Of a stretch of DNA of 64,000 nt, positions 22,201 to 27,468 are shown in pieces. The notes under the pieces are model-generated. The model saw only the letters and a program-made list of their open reading frames with translations. It was not told the origin of the DNA and ran no database searches. Each line of letters starts with the position of its first letter. Positions within the stretch are counted from its first letter, which is position 1. Both the position numbers and the translations under genes were made by a program. This DNA comes from Candidatus Woesearchaeota archaeon (GTDB lineage Archaea; Nanobdellota; Nanobdellia; Pacearchaeales; GW2011-AR1): positions 6,373-70,372 of the forward strand of contig CAZSPD010000001.1 of NCBI GenBank assembly GCA_964608765.1, written 5' to 3'.

Positions 22201-22851
22201 ATTACAAATGGAACTTACAAAGAATTAAATGAATCAAATAATAAAGCAAGAAAAGAAATTAATGTTGGTTCGTGGCATTTCTTTTACGGAGATGTTTTTT
22301 CATCAAGTAATCTTGTTTTAGCAAATAATAATTCAAAGAATTTAATTAACTGGGATGCTGAAACACTTAACAAAGGGAATGTGTATGTAGTTGATTATGA
22401 TTCTCAAATATCTTGGACAAGTTTACAAGCAATAGGTAAAAATAAAGCGGGACAAATTAGTAATTCAGATTTTTCAGAAATAGATTCAGCATTAAACACA
22501 ATTGAATTTGAAGATTCTGTTTATAATGTTTATACTGATTTAGGAACTCCAAAATATTTTAGAGATATTATAGTATTTAGACATTTAATAGAAGAAGTCC
22601 CTATAATTAACTCTACAAATAATTCTAATTTTGTAACAGGAATACTTTGGGATACTTCAGATGACACAGGAGGGGCATCAGGAGAGTTTGATTTAACAGA
22701 TAGAGAAGATTTAGTGTTTATCTCTCCAATTAATAAACACGAGCAAGGAGCCTACGGAGTGTATGATTATGAATTAAGAGTCCCAGCAAGATTAAGAGAG
22801 TATAAGACAGGAGATTTAAAGAGTGCATCATTCTACGTAGAGCTTTTCTAG
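7225..22851 (+). CDS. Giant secreted multi-domain surface protein (5,208 aa in the track; the likely start is the ATG at 7246)
   Basis: One uninterrupted 15.6-kb ORF. The N-terminus is a signal peptide (MNKKGIIKLSLFFLVLFLILAIVFF). Modules, in order: Gly/Ala/Thr-rich x3, PPTYNSVS...GYRWY x5, TEKEPG x2, a duplicated ~1,000-aa super-module (Cys-rich, LamG/concanavalin-like with a DEVRIS motif, GIISTV, and FN3-like with YYWRV), a DNRLRE-like domain (WNENSVTYNNRG), about 13 Ig-like Big repeats (LISPENN...INGxxxxxNxT...EGxYNWTVxCxD), a CARDB-like domain (NLTYPDFLVSD...IRNLGG), and a C-terminal FYVELF. Confidence 0.85.
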   Translation: MADKKEKMNKKGIIKLSLFFLVLFLILAIVFFSIFSSASVSYNKENYFVGEEINLDFSGHRYCFIDIKTPSDKLNFECSERLSFVFEEPGEYIFNIDYLNEFEKFEINVLDKDFSQEDLGNLVQEYKNYTLNTPLINTQDYFIFDFKNKNSYTLNSSLEFNFREIGNYELIVFFPSGKKISRLGSNDRYLLNLLEEGEYLVEIVGGNRKTTYTFLSIKDFKKNLVQGKAEIGKPVKWIKELDLIEEGNFIEIPTLSGIKIENENGETFNEYSLVELDNKSYILIDSESPEKLFLEYITESPSLDEEIISETRKQVTIFSPEEFHYRDVLSYTSIPERLSAGQENLIKIYWIEEDTYLDFNALDTDSNGFLDYVEWIVPHLSTQTFEIIIITKADHLGSNKEFISDIYNEVRTLDNVWSEEINDGEYVRVVFEIPLSNLKDITIFPKVISGNPVVEVYEVDSNEKITEFSNLISEEYNKIYLENLISDTQDTFDLKIVGGSLQFDHIIDPTGGCIGGICTYNFTYSETWQVPNNVLNNNITVRVWGGGGAGAGRTNNGRTGGGGGGAFASSNIVVTPGENLRISVGDSVAGGTGNGANGIQSNVSWQNNTVAVRAAGGNGGTTTAGGSGGTVANSLGTIRYAGGNGAFTSSGNGGGGGGGAGTTGAGASATSSTGGIGNSLYGGNGSNGAGNANAPSGFIYGGGGGGVSRTSGSRSGGAGAQGFVQIIYQEIPDTTPPTYNSVSIDNIYSGEQTTFSIRVSDNEVLHPIGGYIFSTNNSGSWTNDTFVIFTETPSWANVTKLLNTNVKTAVGYRWYLNDSSGNTASTPIYTLTTLKLPQTFVYNFTVSEIWQVPNNILNNNITVRTWGGGGAGAGATSNLRTGGGGGGAFASSSIIVTPGENLTIRVGGSVAGTTGNGANGIQSNVSWQNNTVAVRAAGGTGGATNARGTGGTVANSLGTIRYAGGDGYYVSNSGNGGGGGGGAGTTGAGASATSSTGATGTSLYGGNGGTGSQNPAGTSGNGSNYGGGGAGLRRTSGNRIGGTGAQGFVQIIYQETPDITPPTYNSVSVDTIYSDTQATFSINVLDNSNIHPTGGYIFSTNNSGSWTNDTFVIFTETPSWANTTKSLNPNPGTNVGYRWYFNDSSGNTASTPIYTLRTEKEPGSKYTINSTGSASVYAVGTTSSNRWAAGTASSVAQRANMSLIDNRYARVATTANNRYPFYRFNFTIEEQVFTISSIFIRFTGYKTSSQTATLYVWNFATRNWVLISDIPDSPSDVTLNITNNIGDYIDDNQQLVIIAEGNRFSARGNSIFVDYVSVNVLYEEDTTPPTYNSVSIDNIYSGELTIFSINISDNAALHPNGGYIFSTNNSGLWVNDSFVSFTETPSWANTTKSLNPNKETAVGYRWYLNDSSGNTASTPIYTLTTLRLPQIFIYNFTGSGTWRVPDNVENNNITVRVWGGGGAGAGLTATGYGGGGGGGAFASSNIIVTPGENLRIYVGGSVAGTTGNGANGIQSNVSWQNNTLAVRAAGGNGGTTTAGGTGGTVANSLGTIRYAGGNGFRPTSGTTGGGGGGGAGTTGTGGSSTSQIGGTGTLEFGGDGGNGGALNGNGNPGQSYGGGGGGTRRTSGNRVGGGGAQGFVQIIYFGEEDITPPTYGDPSTDNIFSGELTTFSIEVSDNAALHPRGGYIFSTNNSGSWVNDSFVSFTETPSLANSIKTLHSTVGAVVSYRWYFNDSSGNTASTPIYTLRTEKEPGSKYTINSTGSASVYAVGTTSSNRWAAGTASSVAQRANMSLIDNRYARVATTANNRYPFYRFNFTIEEQVFTISSIFIRFTGYKTSSQTATLYVWNFATRNWVLISDIPDSPSDVTLNITNNIGDYIDDNQQLVIIAEGNRFSARGNSIFVDYVGVTTYYVKDVIPPSYSSVSVNNTEPDEPARFSIRVSDNIALHPRGGYIFSTNNSGSWMNDSFVSFTETPSWANVTKILSQEELIPIGYRWYFNDTSGNTVSTPIYTLRTDAYPPSASQVQCERAGSWRDCSTFKFSDTITRVRISCGGEVINAGFNLINIPDSRTFFNSNSTSNEGNWWIYDNADLIINDSGTFNLTGVCYGPSSQTESFVNWTVPWGRLEVDLVNPNMNTNVNPNEFFDFTASVRCVEGECGFVNITLDPTDSWWNKEYENRRLINITNPSNSILVQNYTMLVVVDTTGEEFKSNGDDLRIVYWNGTHNIEIDRYNSTSFDDPSTEIWFRIQSNISSRGYSDNYYIYYNNKDALNPPSNGSRVFEFFDDFNRPNSGTIGNGWTETSGTWDILNGKVRNTYGGDSDLTRTTITDNHSLRAIATPVVYDADFKLSIRSSTSFTSGYTFGYQNNYMELTTEGHTTNNLGSSPFSIIEGNTYEIEINTVGNRIVAYANGNIIFNLTNTAFSSGRMLLHSWDITDFDDVWLRKLIDIEPVYSLGAQEKVSKGILSTVVGDIPFYTTSRNPMDYRGTSCLSDMKSGDVCDVTWHVNSTGKIGSIWEFFVFANTTNYTNYFNSSDTSSYINITIGNLPPEIPELNFPANNSALTTIGEFNWSNSRDPTGDTVYYMIQISNSPEFTNLIYSNYNIPEQDTITGITPTGITQEGAYYWRVLATDLKSNSSWSETRIFYYDLSPPIVNLISPEHNSIITYSNTIDFIFNVNDLSDIQRCDLIINDSVRDTLIDVEKNTNVTFTFSLLNSFYNWRITCADSAGREGYSETRLLNVDVSNNPPKVGKIECEKKGVWQNCSSIVFGDTLTRVRVFCSDPEESVGEGVVNASINLTNIPDAHTFFEELSFEEDGYGFWMFNNLNFKINDSGEFIIYATCYDEDALSGTNSTSWNVPWGTFAIDLINPNSDIKVLKDNFFTFSSRIKCINGECGNANVTLDPPNWWNETWSSRKTINITNSGETSLLNFPIYINLSKEPEMQANFNDIRFINGSCGSTGNYLYLDYEIENYTSSKADVWINIPRFSPGVNQICMYYDNQFALSGQNPIRVWDNSYLTVQHLEETGTGIRYDSKYRRNFTTTGYDNDENVFGIIGGADLLDGVNDALTSGNSFLNNLGAFTIEGWIKPRAWGSRVSFVGQNDLVEFFLDGSNTISIWTANGGSTSTSYPFSLNTWHYLSATGTGSNILIYLDGVQVASGGSSTSNYGTSTYHVKIGEGVVDASGGFFNGTMDEVRISNISRSADWISQSYQIINNQSNLVSFGIKEEKTKGIISTVAGTTPFYTTTPNPLDSTTFSCLENMKSSGGSCDVSWNVNATGELNSVWKFFVTSNNLNNQEYYNTSSKSKEINITISSQIPPTVPQLYRPLNNTAYPVIPNLNWTNSTDQNRSKIYYIIEVSDNYDFSTIVFANYSIPETSSPTGITPTGISQEGAYYWRVKSSNLNSNSSWSETRVFYYDTSAPQINFINQTGEDNRHINNTNWLNRGENLTIFIDVTDINTNYVWVVVWQSIVGGVEKLKIFFNKIGDSLWKAEISTNQTWDDSYNYTIYANDTVGHLTNYTSNFTVLGGNTSIYLTEDYVVPPSNVSVYGHAYLSNSTALSNHPINIWVDGKFLFLQNLTPEGEDYIFYKQFLETSNSEFSQGTFYNTEVQNNQNLILSDGEAYGEFTKILDAGAIVHWDNLSWNFQGASCSGVYTYQHGDTNGYLGTEDSYISSGFPNINYGSSNSIIVDGSPTSERGLILFKNIIGKRFNQIPENSTINSANLAFYISDTGDQVGVYQVLEEWNENSVTYNNRGTGSPWSSAGCSGSPSRAIMPDDTFTAIVLGKYTVNITNSLKNWVSGQENYGWVFNMPTSNGIEIRSKEYIELSERPLLTVDYESDECTDVRVYIRTSNNKLTWTEWREVSNLDSINDPNIYSRYLQYKVELSSTSTSLTPTLEDLTFHYTALTTDSNGDYNYTLVSPSGFGYHNVTVNTGFSTIFIENTTSFFVQAGLPPNVSLIYPGNNHWFSEEELTLIYNASDLNDDIILSELIINGVVNRTNSTPIINNEYNEFIINLESGVYNWTVNVTDSSGYTATAPLRIFYVDLINPNISLVYPREGDSFVLSELNLSFNVTDNMATNLSCSVTLDGEVIHPLIWATSHTITNVSSGPLTGGAHYWNVTCTDNALRSFTSPTLSFDISDTPPEVVLILPEPDYLDSDGEVSFTYTVSDNSGILNCSLYIDNVFKQANSTPVINNQENTFNIQGLSEGIHNWTVECFDLSSNSHKPSPLSLRVDLYSPSITLNYPMNLGTSLTSNVYFNFTVVDSFDPYLDCNLTINGLVVDTFNATSGVMTSRLIEKLADDTKLWSVSCVDEAGHLGTSLTWRVNITEAPKVVLNTLNNSRYNSNTITLNYTPSDNTGISSCSLYLNGNLNQVNQSPVLNKMQNSFSVNSLPEGIYNWYVECKDYIGLSNQSETRIFYIDRTGPLIEVFYPRGDDVYNSNITFNFTAIDYLDTNIHCNITVNSSVVDSNILVSNGTLISREVSGISDGYNVWSVTCWDSLGNANTSPIFDFIRYTHPKVTLISPENNTWFNTSSFNLTYFPEDDGGIISASLYINGIHNRSNSTIITNRANNVFEINGFPEGSYFWNVNVTDTTYLTGIDEERRFYVDTTPPNIQLNSPYESEVITTNNVTFDFKVWDNLAEHITCEFTLNEELESSRVYINDSGAQFYSILRDGDHSWSIRCIDNASNHVYSGEIEFSVKAPPIVSLISPENNSRTASSEIDFSYIPYDLIGITSCRFYLDGELNSTNSLISENIINNFNIKGISEGIHSWTVNCSDSDNNWNWSEENIFYRDITPPSIILHTPENDTGIDSNLDRIYFNWTAIDILDDSLQCNLTLDGITRKQDIWITSGISNREYIFTSTLEQGAHYWNVTCWDQVGNANTSELRVFNLTYPDFLVSDSEIFLNESLPKENQPIEITATIRNLGGVDVGNVTVSFYIGDPDLGGYKLSPDTFIAITKFGAVNVTKSWTPEIGSSEVFVIVDPPLITNGTYKELNESNNKARKEINVGSWHFFYGDVFSSSNLVLANNNSKNLINWDAETLNKGNVYVVDYDSQISWTSLQAIGKNKAGQISNSDFSEIDSALNTIEFEDSVYNVYTDLGTPKYFRDIIVFRHLIEEVPIINSTNNSNFVTGILWDTSDDTGGASGEFDLTDREDLVFISPINKHEQGAYGVYDYELRVPARLREYKTGDLKSASFYVELF
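10631..11171. repeat. Direct repeat copy 1 (541 bp), apparently identical to 12404..12944
   Basis: The encoded 180 aa (YRWYFNDSSGNTASTPIYTLRTEKEPGSKY...NSIFVDYV) are identical in both copies. The antisense pseudo-ORFs 10774..10974 and 12547..12747 are 66/66 identical. The offset is exactly 1773 bp. Confidence 0.85.
12404..12944. repeat. Direct repeat copy 2 (541 bp), identical to 10631..11171
   Basis: See copy 1. The copies diverge immediately outside the boundaries (gtaG/gtaA upstream, aag/tgg downstream). Confidence 0.85.
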
Positions 22852-23045
22852 TTTTTTTCAAAATAATTTTTTAATTTTTATAAAATTTTACAAAACTTTT
22901 TTTAATTTTTTTAATTTTTTTTAATAATCATTTATAAACCCCTTAAATTTTAAATAAATTCAATAATAGTTACATTTTTGGAAACATTTATAAATTCAAA
23001 ATATTATTTTACTATATAATATCAAAAGTTAGGAGAAGATTTGAA

Positions 23046-23052
23046 AGGAGGT
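23046..23052 (+). promoter_or_regulatory. Shine-Dalgarno-like AGGAGGT 10 nt upstream of ATG 23063, with an A/T-rich TATA-like TATATAAT about 45 nt upstream
   Basis: Read directly. Supports use of Shine-Dalgarno-led initiation in this genome. Confidence 0.4.
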
Positions 23053-23059
23053 AAAAAAG

Positions 23060-23839
23060 GTGATGATTAACAAATTAAGTAAATTATTCCTAGTAACAAT
23101 TGTTTTAGGAATATTCTTGTTTGGATTTGTAGCAGCTGTTGAGCCATTTGGTGCTAATGTTACTGCAGTAGATACGTCTAGGTCTGACCCTTTGAATTAT
23201 CCTGCGGGAACTCACGAAGCTTGGGCAGGAAATGTAACTGAACTAACAATAGAGGGAGTTTCAGTAACTCAGTCTTGGCAAGGTTATTATGGTAATGTTT
23301 CAGGTACAATAATCTTAGCAGATAGTGATGAATATAGAATGTATGATTGGTCTCTCGCTAACCCGGAAGGTGAAGTGTACGCATCTCCATCTGGTTCTAT
23401 TTCGTGGGCTGACGTGCAATGTTACAGTAAAGATTTGGATAGTGTTTTAGGTGATGCATATGGGATAGCAGTTGATGATGTAGATAGAGTAAGTAATACT
23501 TTCTCAGTTGGAGGTACCCACGAAAAGGGAGGGGGTTTTGTTCACGACACTTTTTATACTGCTAATATAGAATTTGCTACTGGAACATGTGCAAGCACAC
23601 ATTTATTTACAGCAGGTGGAGTAGTAACATCAGGAACTTTTCAAGAGGTGTTGTTAGAAGATGCAGTTACAACGGATGGTGATGAACACGTAATTTTCGT
23701 ATCTATTTTAGATGAAGAAAGGCCTGATGGTTTCAATGGAAAACAAAGTATATACAACTTCCAAATGCTTGTCCTAGAAGATGGGCATACGACCAATGCA
23801 ATTCATACTACCTATTACTTCTGGGTAGAGTTAGAATAA
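23060..23839 (+). CDS. Secreted protein, paralog of 3545..4339 with the C-terminal YYFWVELE motif
   Basis: Signal peptide followed by AAVEPFGANV. The core SWQGYYGNVSGTIILADSDEYRMYDWSLA and the C-terminus FQMLVLEDGH...TYYFWVELE match the family. A Shine-Dalgarno AGGAGGT lies 10 nt upstream of the ATG at 23063; the track's first Met is a GTG. Confidence 0.7.
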   Translation: MMINKLSKLFLVTIVLGIFLFGFVAAVEPFGANVTAVDTSRSDPLNYPAGTHEAWAGNVTELTIEGVSVTQSWQGYYGNVSGTIILADSDEYRMYDWSLANPEGEVYASPSGSISWADVQCYSKDLDSVLGDAYGIAVDDVDRVSNTFSVGGTHEKGGGFVHDTFYTANIEFATGTCASTHLFTAGGVVTSGTFQEVLLEDAVTTDGDEHVIFVSILDEERPDGFNGKQSIYNFQMLVLEDGHTTNAIHTTYYFWVELE

Positions 23840-23917
23840 AATTTCATTTTTTATTTTTATATTTTTTTTAAGGAGTAAAGCAAAAGCGAATGAGGGGGAA
23901 AAAGAAAAACAAAAAAT

Positions 23918-24661
23918 ATGCACAAAAAAGAGAAAAAGATTATTCTATCTGGAATTTTACTAATCGGAGTTTTTTTAACTCTAATATTCATATTTTCAAA
24001 TGAATTAGTTTCTGCAGATCCTGAAGGTCCGAGTAGTGTTATTTCAGTTTGGAATAGTACTAAAAATGCAACTTCTTCTGCAATGGTTAATATTTCAGGA
24101 GGACAGATTGCAGCATTAAACCTCACTATTTCTTCTCAAAATACTCACTGGAAAGCATTTGTAGGATGGGTAAGTGGAGCTTTTACATTAGATGATGCTT
24201 CTGGTTCTACAATTTACGATTGGAAATTAAGTACTACAACAGGTAGAGTTTACACTACTAGAGACAGTTCAACAGTAGAGTGGAATTTACTTCAGTGTGC
24301 AAATACTGAAACGAACCTTGAAGCTGAAAATGTTGCCATGTTCCATAATAGAACTTCAGATAACATTACAGCAACTTTTAGTCATCCTGGAACACATAGT
24401 GCTTTTTGGGTTGCAGGGAGAAATATTGGTGCAAACACTTGTCCTACTTTAAACACATATGTTAATGATTTAAGCCAAGATGATGACTTTGAAGAAATGG
24501 CACTCTATGATGGCACCAGTATAATTTATGCCACAATCTTAGAAGATAATTTAGTAGGTTACGATGGCCAGCCCTATGATTTCCAGATGCTAGTTCCAGA
24601 GAATGGTTCTCAGGGTTTCACAGGTGCAACCCCGTATTACCTCTATGTGGAGCTAGACTAA
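23918..24661 (+). CDS. Secreted protein, more divergent paralog of the same family (C-terminal PYYLYVELD)
   Basis: Signal peptide. The segment WVSGAFTLDDASGSTIYDWKLS aligns with the YGNVSGTIIL..MYDWSLA core. The C-terminus is FQMLVPENGSQGFTGATPYYLYVELD. Confidence 0.65.
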   Translation: MHKKEKKIILSGILLIGVFLTLIFIFSNELVSADPEGPSSVISVWNSTKNATSSAMVNISGGQIAALNLTISSQNTHWKAFVGWVSGAFTLDDASGSTIYDWKLSTTTGRVYTTRDSSTVEWNLLQCANTETNLEAENVAMFHNRTSDNITATFSHPGTHSAFWVAGRNIGANTCPTLNTYVNDLSQDDDFEEMALYDGTSIIYATILEDNLVGYDGQPYDFQMLVPENGSQGFTGATPYYLYVELD

Positions 24662-24662
24662 G

Positions 24663-25649
24663 ATGGAAATAAAAAAAAGAAATAGCTTAATCGCTTTTTT
24701 TGTACTTTTGGAGATTTTTTTATTTGTAATATTCTTTTCTTTTTTTCCTCAAGGGGTCTTTGCAGGAGTAGGGGAAAACGTTACTGTAACAACACTTTTG
24801 TCTATTGGAAACGCATTTCCAGAAGTATTGAATGTAACAATTCAAAATAATGAATCAAGTATTACTCTTGTTTTAAATGATACTCGAGAAATTTTTTGTA
24901 CAGGATTAGTTCGAGATTATAATGGGTGGGAAGATATTAATCATGCTACGGCCGTGTTTTTCCATCCTGGAAATTCAACTTATGAGGGTACAGATGATAA
25001 TAATCACCATTACACAAATCACTCTTGTGATATAATTCAAGATGGAATTTACACTGCAATAGTTAATTGTACATTTGATATTTGGTATTATGCTAATCCA
25101 GGAACAACAACTAATGCTTGGAATTGTACAATAAGAGTAAATGACTCTTTAAATAAAGAAGCACTTGGTAGTGGAAGGATTGCTGTTTCACAATTATTAG
25201 GATTAGGAGTACCTGATTTTATAGACTATGGTGAAGTTAATGCTTCAGAAGTTTCTTTAGAGGTTCCTTCAGATGTAATTAATTATGGGAATGTTATGTT
25301 TAATTTATCATTAAATGGGTATGGATTCGTTCTAGGAGATGGTAATGCTATGAATTGCACTTTAGGAGCAATAGGGAATATTTCAATTCAACACGAGAAA
25401 TACAATTTAACAAATAGTAATCCAGGAGTTATAGATTTGGCTCAAGCTAATGCAAATTACACTAATCTAACTTCTAGTTTAGTAGTCCCTGCAGCTGCAA
25501 TAAAGAAATTTATGCTTGCACCTAGACAAGACGATGTGTCCAATGATGCAATTAAACCAGTTTACTGGAGAATTTTTGTTCCATCTGGAGTTGCAGGAAC
25601 TTGCCAAGGAAATATTATCTTTGGGGCAACAACAGCTAGAGGAAATTAA
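24663..25649 (+). CDS. Secreted, heavily N-sequon-decorated protein (hypothetical), translationally coupled to the upstream paralog
   Basis: Signal peptide (LIAFFVLLEIFLFVIFFSFF) and more than 20 N-x-S/T sequons. Its start lies 2 nt after the upstream stop. Confidence 0.55.
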   Translation: MEIKKRNSLIAFFVLLEIFLFVIFFSFFPQGVFAGVGENVTVTTLLSIGNAFPEVLNVTIQNNESSITLVLNDTREIFCTGLVRDYNGWEDINHATAVFFHPGNSTYEGTDDNNHHYTNHSCDIIQDGIYTAIVNCTFDIWYYANPGTTTNAWNCTIRVNDSLNKEALGSGRIAVSQLLGLGVPDFIDYGEVNASEVSLEVPSDVINYGNVMFNLSLNGYGFVLGDGNAMNCTLGAIGNISIQHEKYNLTNSNPGVIDLAQANANYTNLTSSLVVPAAAIKKFMLAPRQDDVSNDAIKPVYWRIFVPSGVAGTCQGNIIFGATTARGN

Positions 25650-25886
25650 TCTCCCTGGGGTCTTTGAACAATGGTTAATCTAAGATTATTTTTTGTTTCA
25701 CTGTTAGCACTTATTTGTTTAATTTTAGCATTTGTGTTGAATCCTTGGTTTATTGCAGGAGCAGTGATTCTTGCACTAATTAACCAAAAGGAATTGATGA
25801 AGACTACAAACAAAAAATAATTTTGAATATATTTAAATATCTTTAATTAATTTGTATTAGATATATAAGATTATATTAGGGGAGAT

Positions 25887-26720
25887 ATGAATAAAGAGGA
25901 TTTTTTAAAAAAACTTGAAATAGAATTAAAGATATCTAAAAATTCAGGTTACACCATTAGAAATTATTTAGACTGCAATAGAAGGTTTTTAGAATACACA
26001 AAAAAAAATACCCAAGATATCACACAAGATGATGTTAAACTTTATCTTGTAGAAAATTTAAGCGAGTATTCATCATCATCTTTGATTGTATTTCTTTCAG
26101 CTTTAAAATACTCATTTTCAAATATTTTACACAAAGATATCACCTTGAATATTAAACGCCCAAAAAGAGAAAAGAGGATACCTTCTGTTTTAACTAAAGA
26201 AGAAATAAAGAATTTAATTGATTCAATAGCTTCCCAAAAATCTAAACTTATGGTATCAATGATGTATGCATGCGGGTTTAGAGTTTCAGAATTAATTAAT
26301 CTTAAAATAGATGATTTAGATTTTCAAGAAAAAGTTGGGAATATTAGACAAGGGAAAGGAAAAAAAGATAGAATATTCAATATTCCAGAATTTTTATTAG
26401 AGGATATTATCTCACACTCAGAAAAACAAAAAAAACAAAAAAAACACTACCTTTTTACTGGTCCAAAAGGAAAATTATCTGAGAGAAATTTGCAGAAGAT
26501 AATATCGGGTGCAGCAAAACGTGCAGGAATAAATAAAAATGTACACTGCCACACTCTAAGACATAGTTTTGCAACACACCTTTTAGAAAATGGAGTGGAT
26601 ATAAGGAAAATACAAGAATTATTAGGACACAGTGATTTGTCAACAACTCAAATTTACACTCATATTTCAAAAGAAGAACTTAAAAAAATAAAATCCCCTT
26701 TAGATGAGGTAATGAAATAA
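25887..26720 (+). CDS. xerA: Tyrosine site-specific recombinase (XerA/XerCD-like integrase)
   Basis: Canonical C-terminal catalytic motifs HTLRHSFATHLLENGVDIRKIQELLGHSDLSTTQIYTHI (R..H..R..Y), plus an N-terminal SAM-like core-binding domain. The 277-aa size is typical of archaeal XerA. Confidence 0.85.
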   Translation: MNKEDFLKKLEIELKISKNSGYTIRNYLDCNRRFLEYTKKNTQDITQDDVKLYLVENLSEYSSSSLIVFLSALKYSFSNILHKDITLNIKRPKREKRIPSVLTKEEIKNLIDSIASQKSKLMVSMMYACGFRVSELINLKIDDLDFQEKVGNIRQGKGKKDRIFNIPEFLLEDIISHSEKQKKQKKHYLFTGPKGKLSERNLQKIISGAAKRAGINKNVHCHTLRHSFATHLLENGVDIRKIQELLGHSDLSTTQIYTHISKEELKKIKSPLDEVMK

Positions 26721-26721
26721 A

Positions 26722-27141
26722 ATGAAATGTCCAAAATGTGGCCACACTTTTGAAATAGATGAGACTTCTGCTGAAAATAGAGGAAAATCCCAGAAAAAAG
26801 GAATGATAAAAAAATTTTATGAAGGAAAGCATGTTTCAAGAGCTCCTTTTGGTTATGAATGGGATTTAAAATTAAAATTACTTGTTCCTGCTAAAAACTC
26901 TAGGGAAGTTGAAGAGATATTTGAGGAGTTTTTAAAACCAGATGTAACTCTTTCAAGTCTTGCACAAAAACATAAACTTTCTGTAAATGGATTAAAAAAG
27001 GTTTTAAGAAATTTTGTGTATGTTGGAAAAGTTATGTTTGAAGGGCAACTTAGAGAAGGCAAACACACTCCATTAGTTTCTACAATTCTATTTAATCATG
27101 TTCAAGATAAATTAGAAAAACTCAAGATAAAAAAAAGCTAA
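26722..27141 (+). CDS. Zn-ribbon plus serine-recombinase-type Recombinase domain (PF07508-like) protein that lacks a resolvase catalytic domain
   Basis: N-terminal CPKCGHTF zinc ribbon. The segment APFGYEWD...LVP...EEIFEEF...LSSLA..H...NGLKKVLRNFVYVGKV matches the hallmark pattern of the recombinase domain (PFGY..LvidE..VrriF..g.Sl..IA..Ln..G....G..W....V..IL.N..Y.G). Its start is 1 nt after the xerA stop. Confidence 0.5.
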   Translation: MKCPKCGHTFEIDETSAENRGKSQKKGMIKKFYEGKHVSRAPFGYEWDLKLKLLVPAKNSREVEEIFEEFLKPDVTLSSLAQKHKLSVNGLKKVLRNFVYVGKVMFEGQLREGKHTPLVSTILFNHVQDKLEKLKIKKS

Positions 27142-27165
27142 ATATAAAGAAAAACTAATTAGAAA

Positions 27166-27468
27166 CTACTCTATCTTGTTCATTTCTTTTTTAATCTCTT
27201 TAAAAGGAAATGGTCTTTCATTTGTTGAAAATGTCATATACCTAAAGAAATAATATTGCTGAGTATTCCAAGATTCTGACATCCTTGCTAAATCATCTAT
27301 TCTTTTCCCACTAAATATTTTATAAAAAAAGTTTATTAAAAAAAACACTCCAATTAACCAAGCCCACACATAAATTATTATTCCAGATACTATTCCAATA
27401 GGAATTCTCATTAATGCTTCACTTTTCTCGTTTTTTATTTTATCACTCTCTTTTTTCTTTTTAGCCAT
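27166..27468 (-). CDS. Small membrane protein (hypothetical)
   Basis: One or two TM helices. The MAKKKKESDK N-terminus resembles that of the TM2 protein two genes upstream. Confidence 0.4.
   Translation of the reverse strand: MAKKKKESDKIKNEKSEALMRIPIGIVSGIIIYVWAWLIGVFFLINFFYKIFSGKRIDDLARMSESWNTQQYYFFRYMTFSTNERPFPFKEIKKEMNKIE

Noticed and set aside
22852-23059. AT-rich intergenic region with repeated TTTTTAATTTTT runs, considered as a possible repeat or CRISPR leader
   Set aside because: There are no regularly spaced direct repeats. It is best explained as terminator T-tracts plus promoter and Shine-Dalgarno for the next gene.
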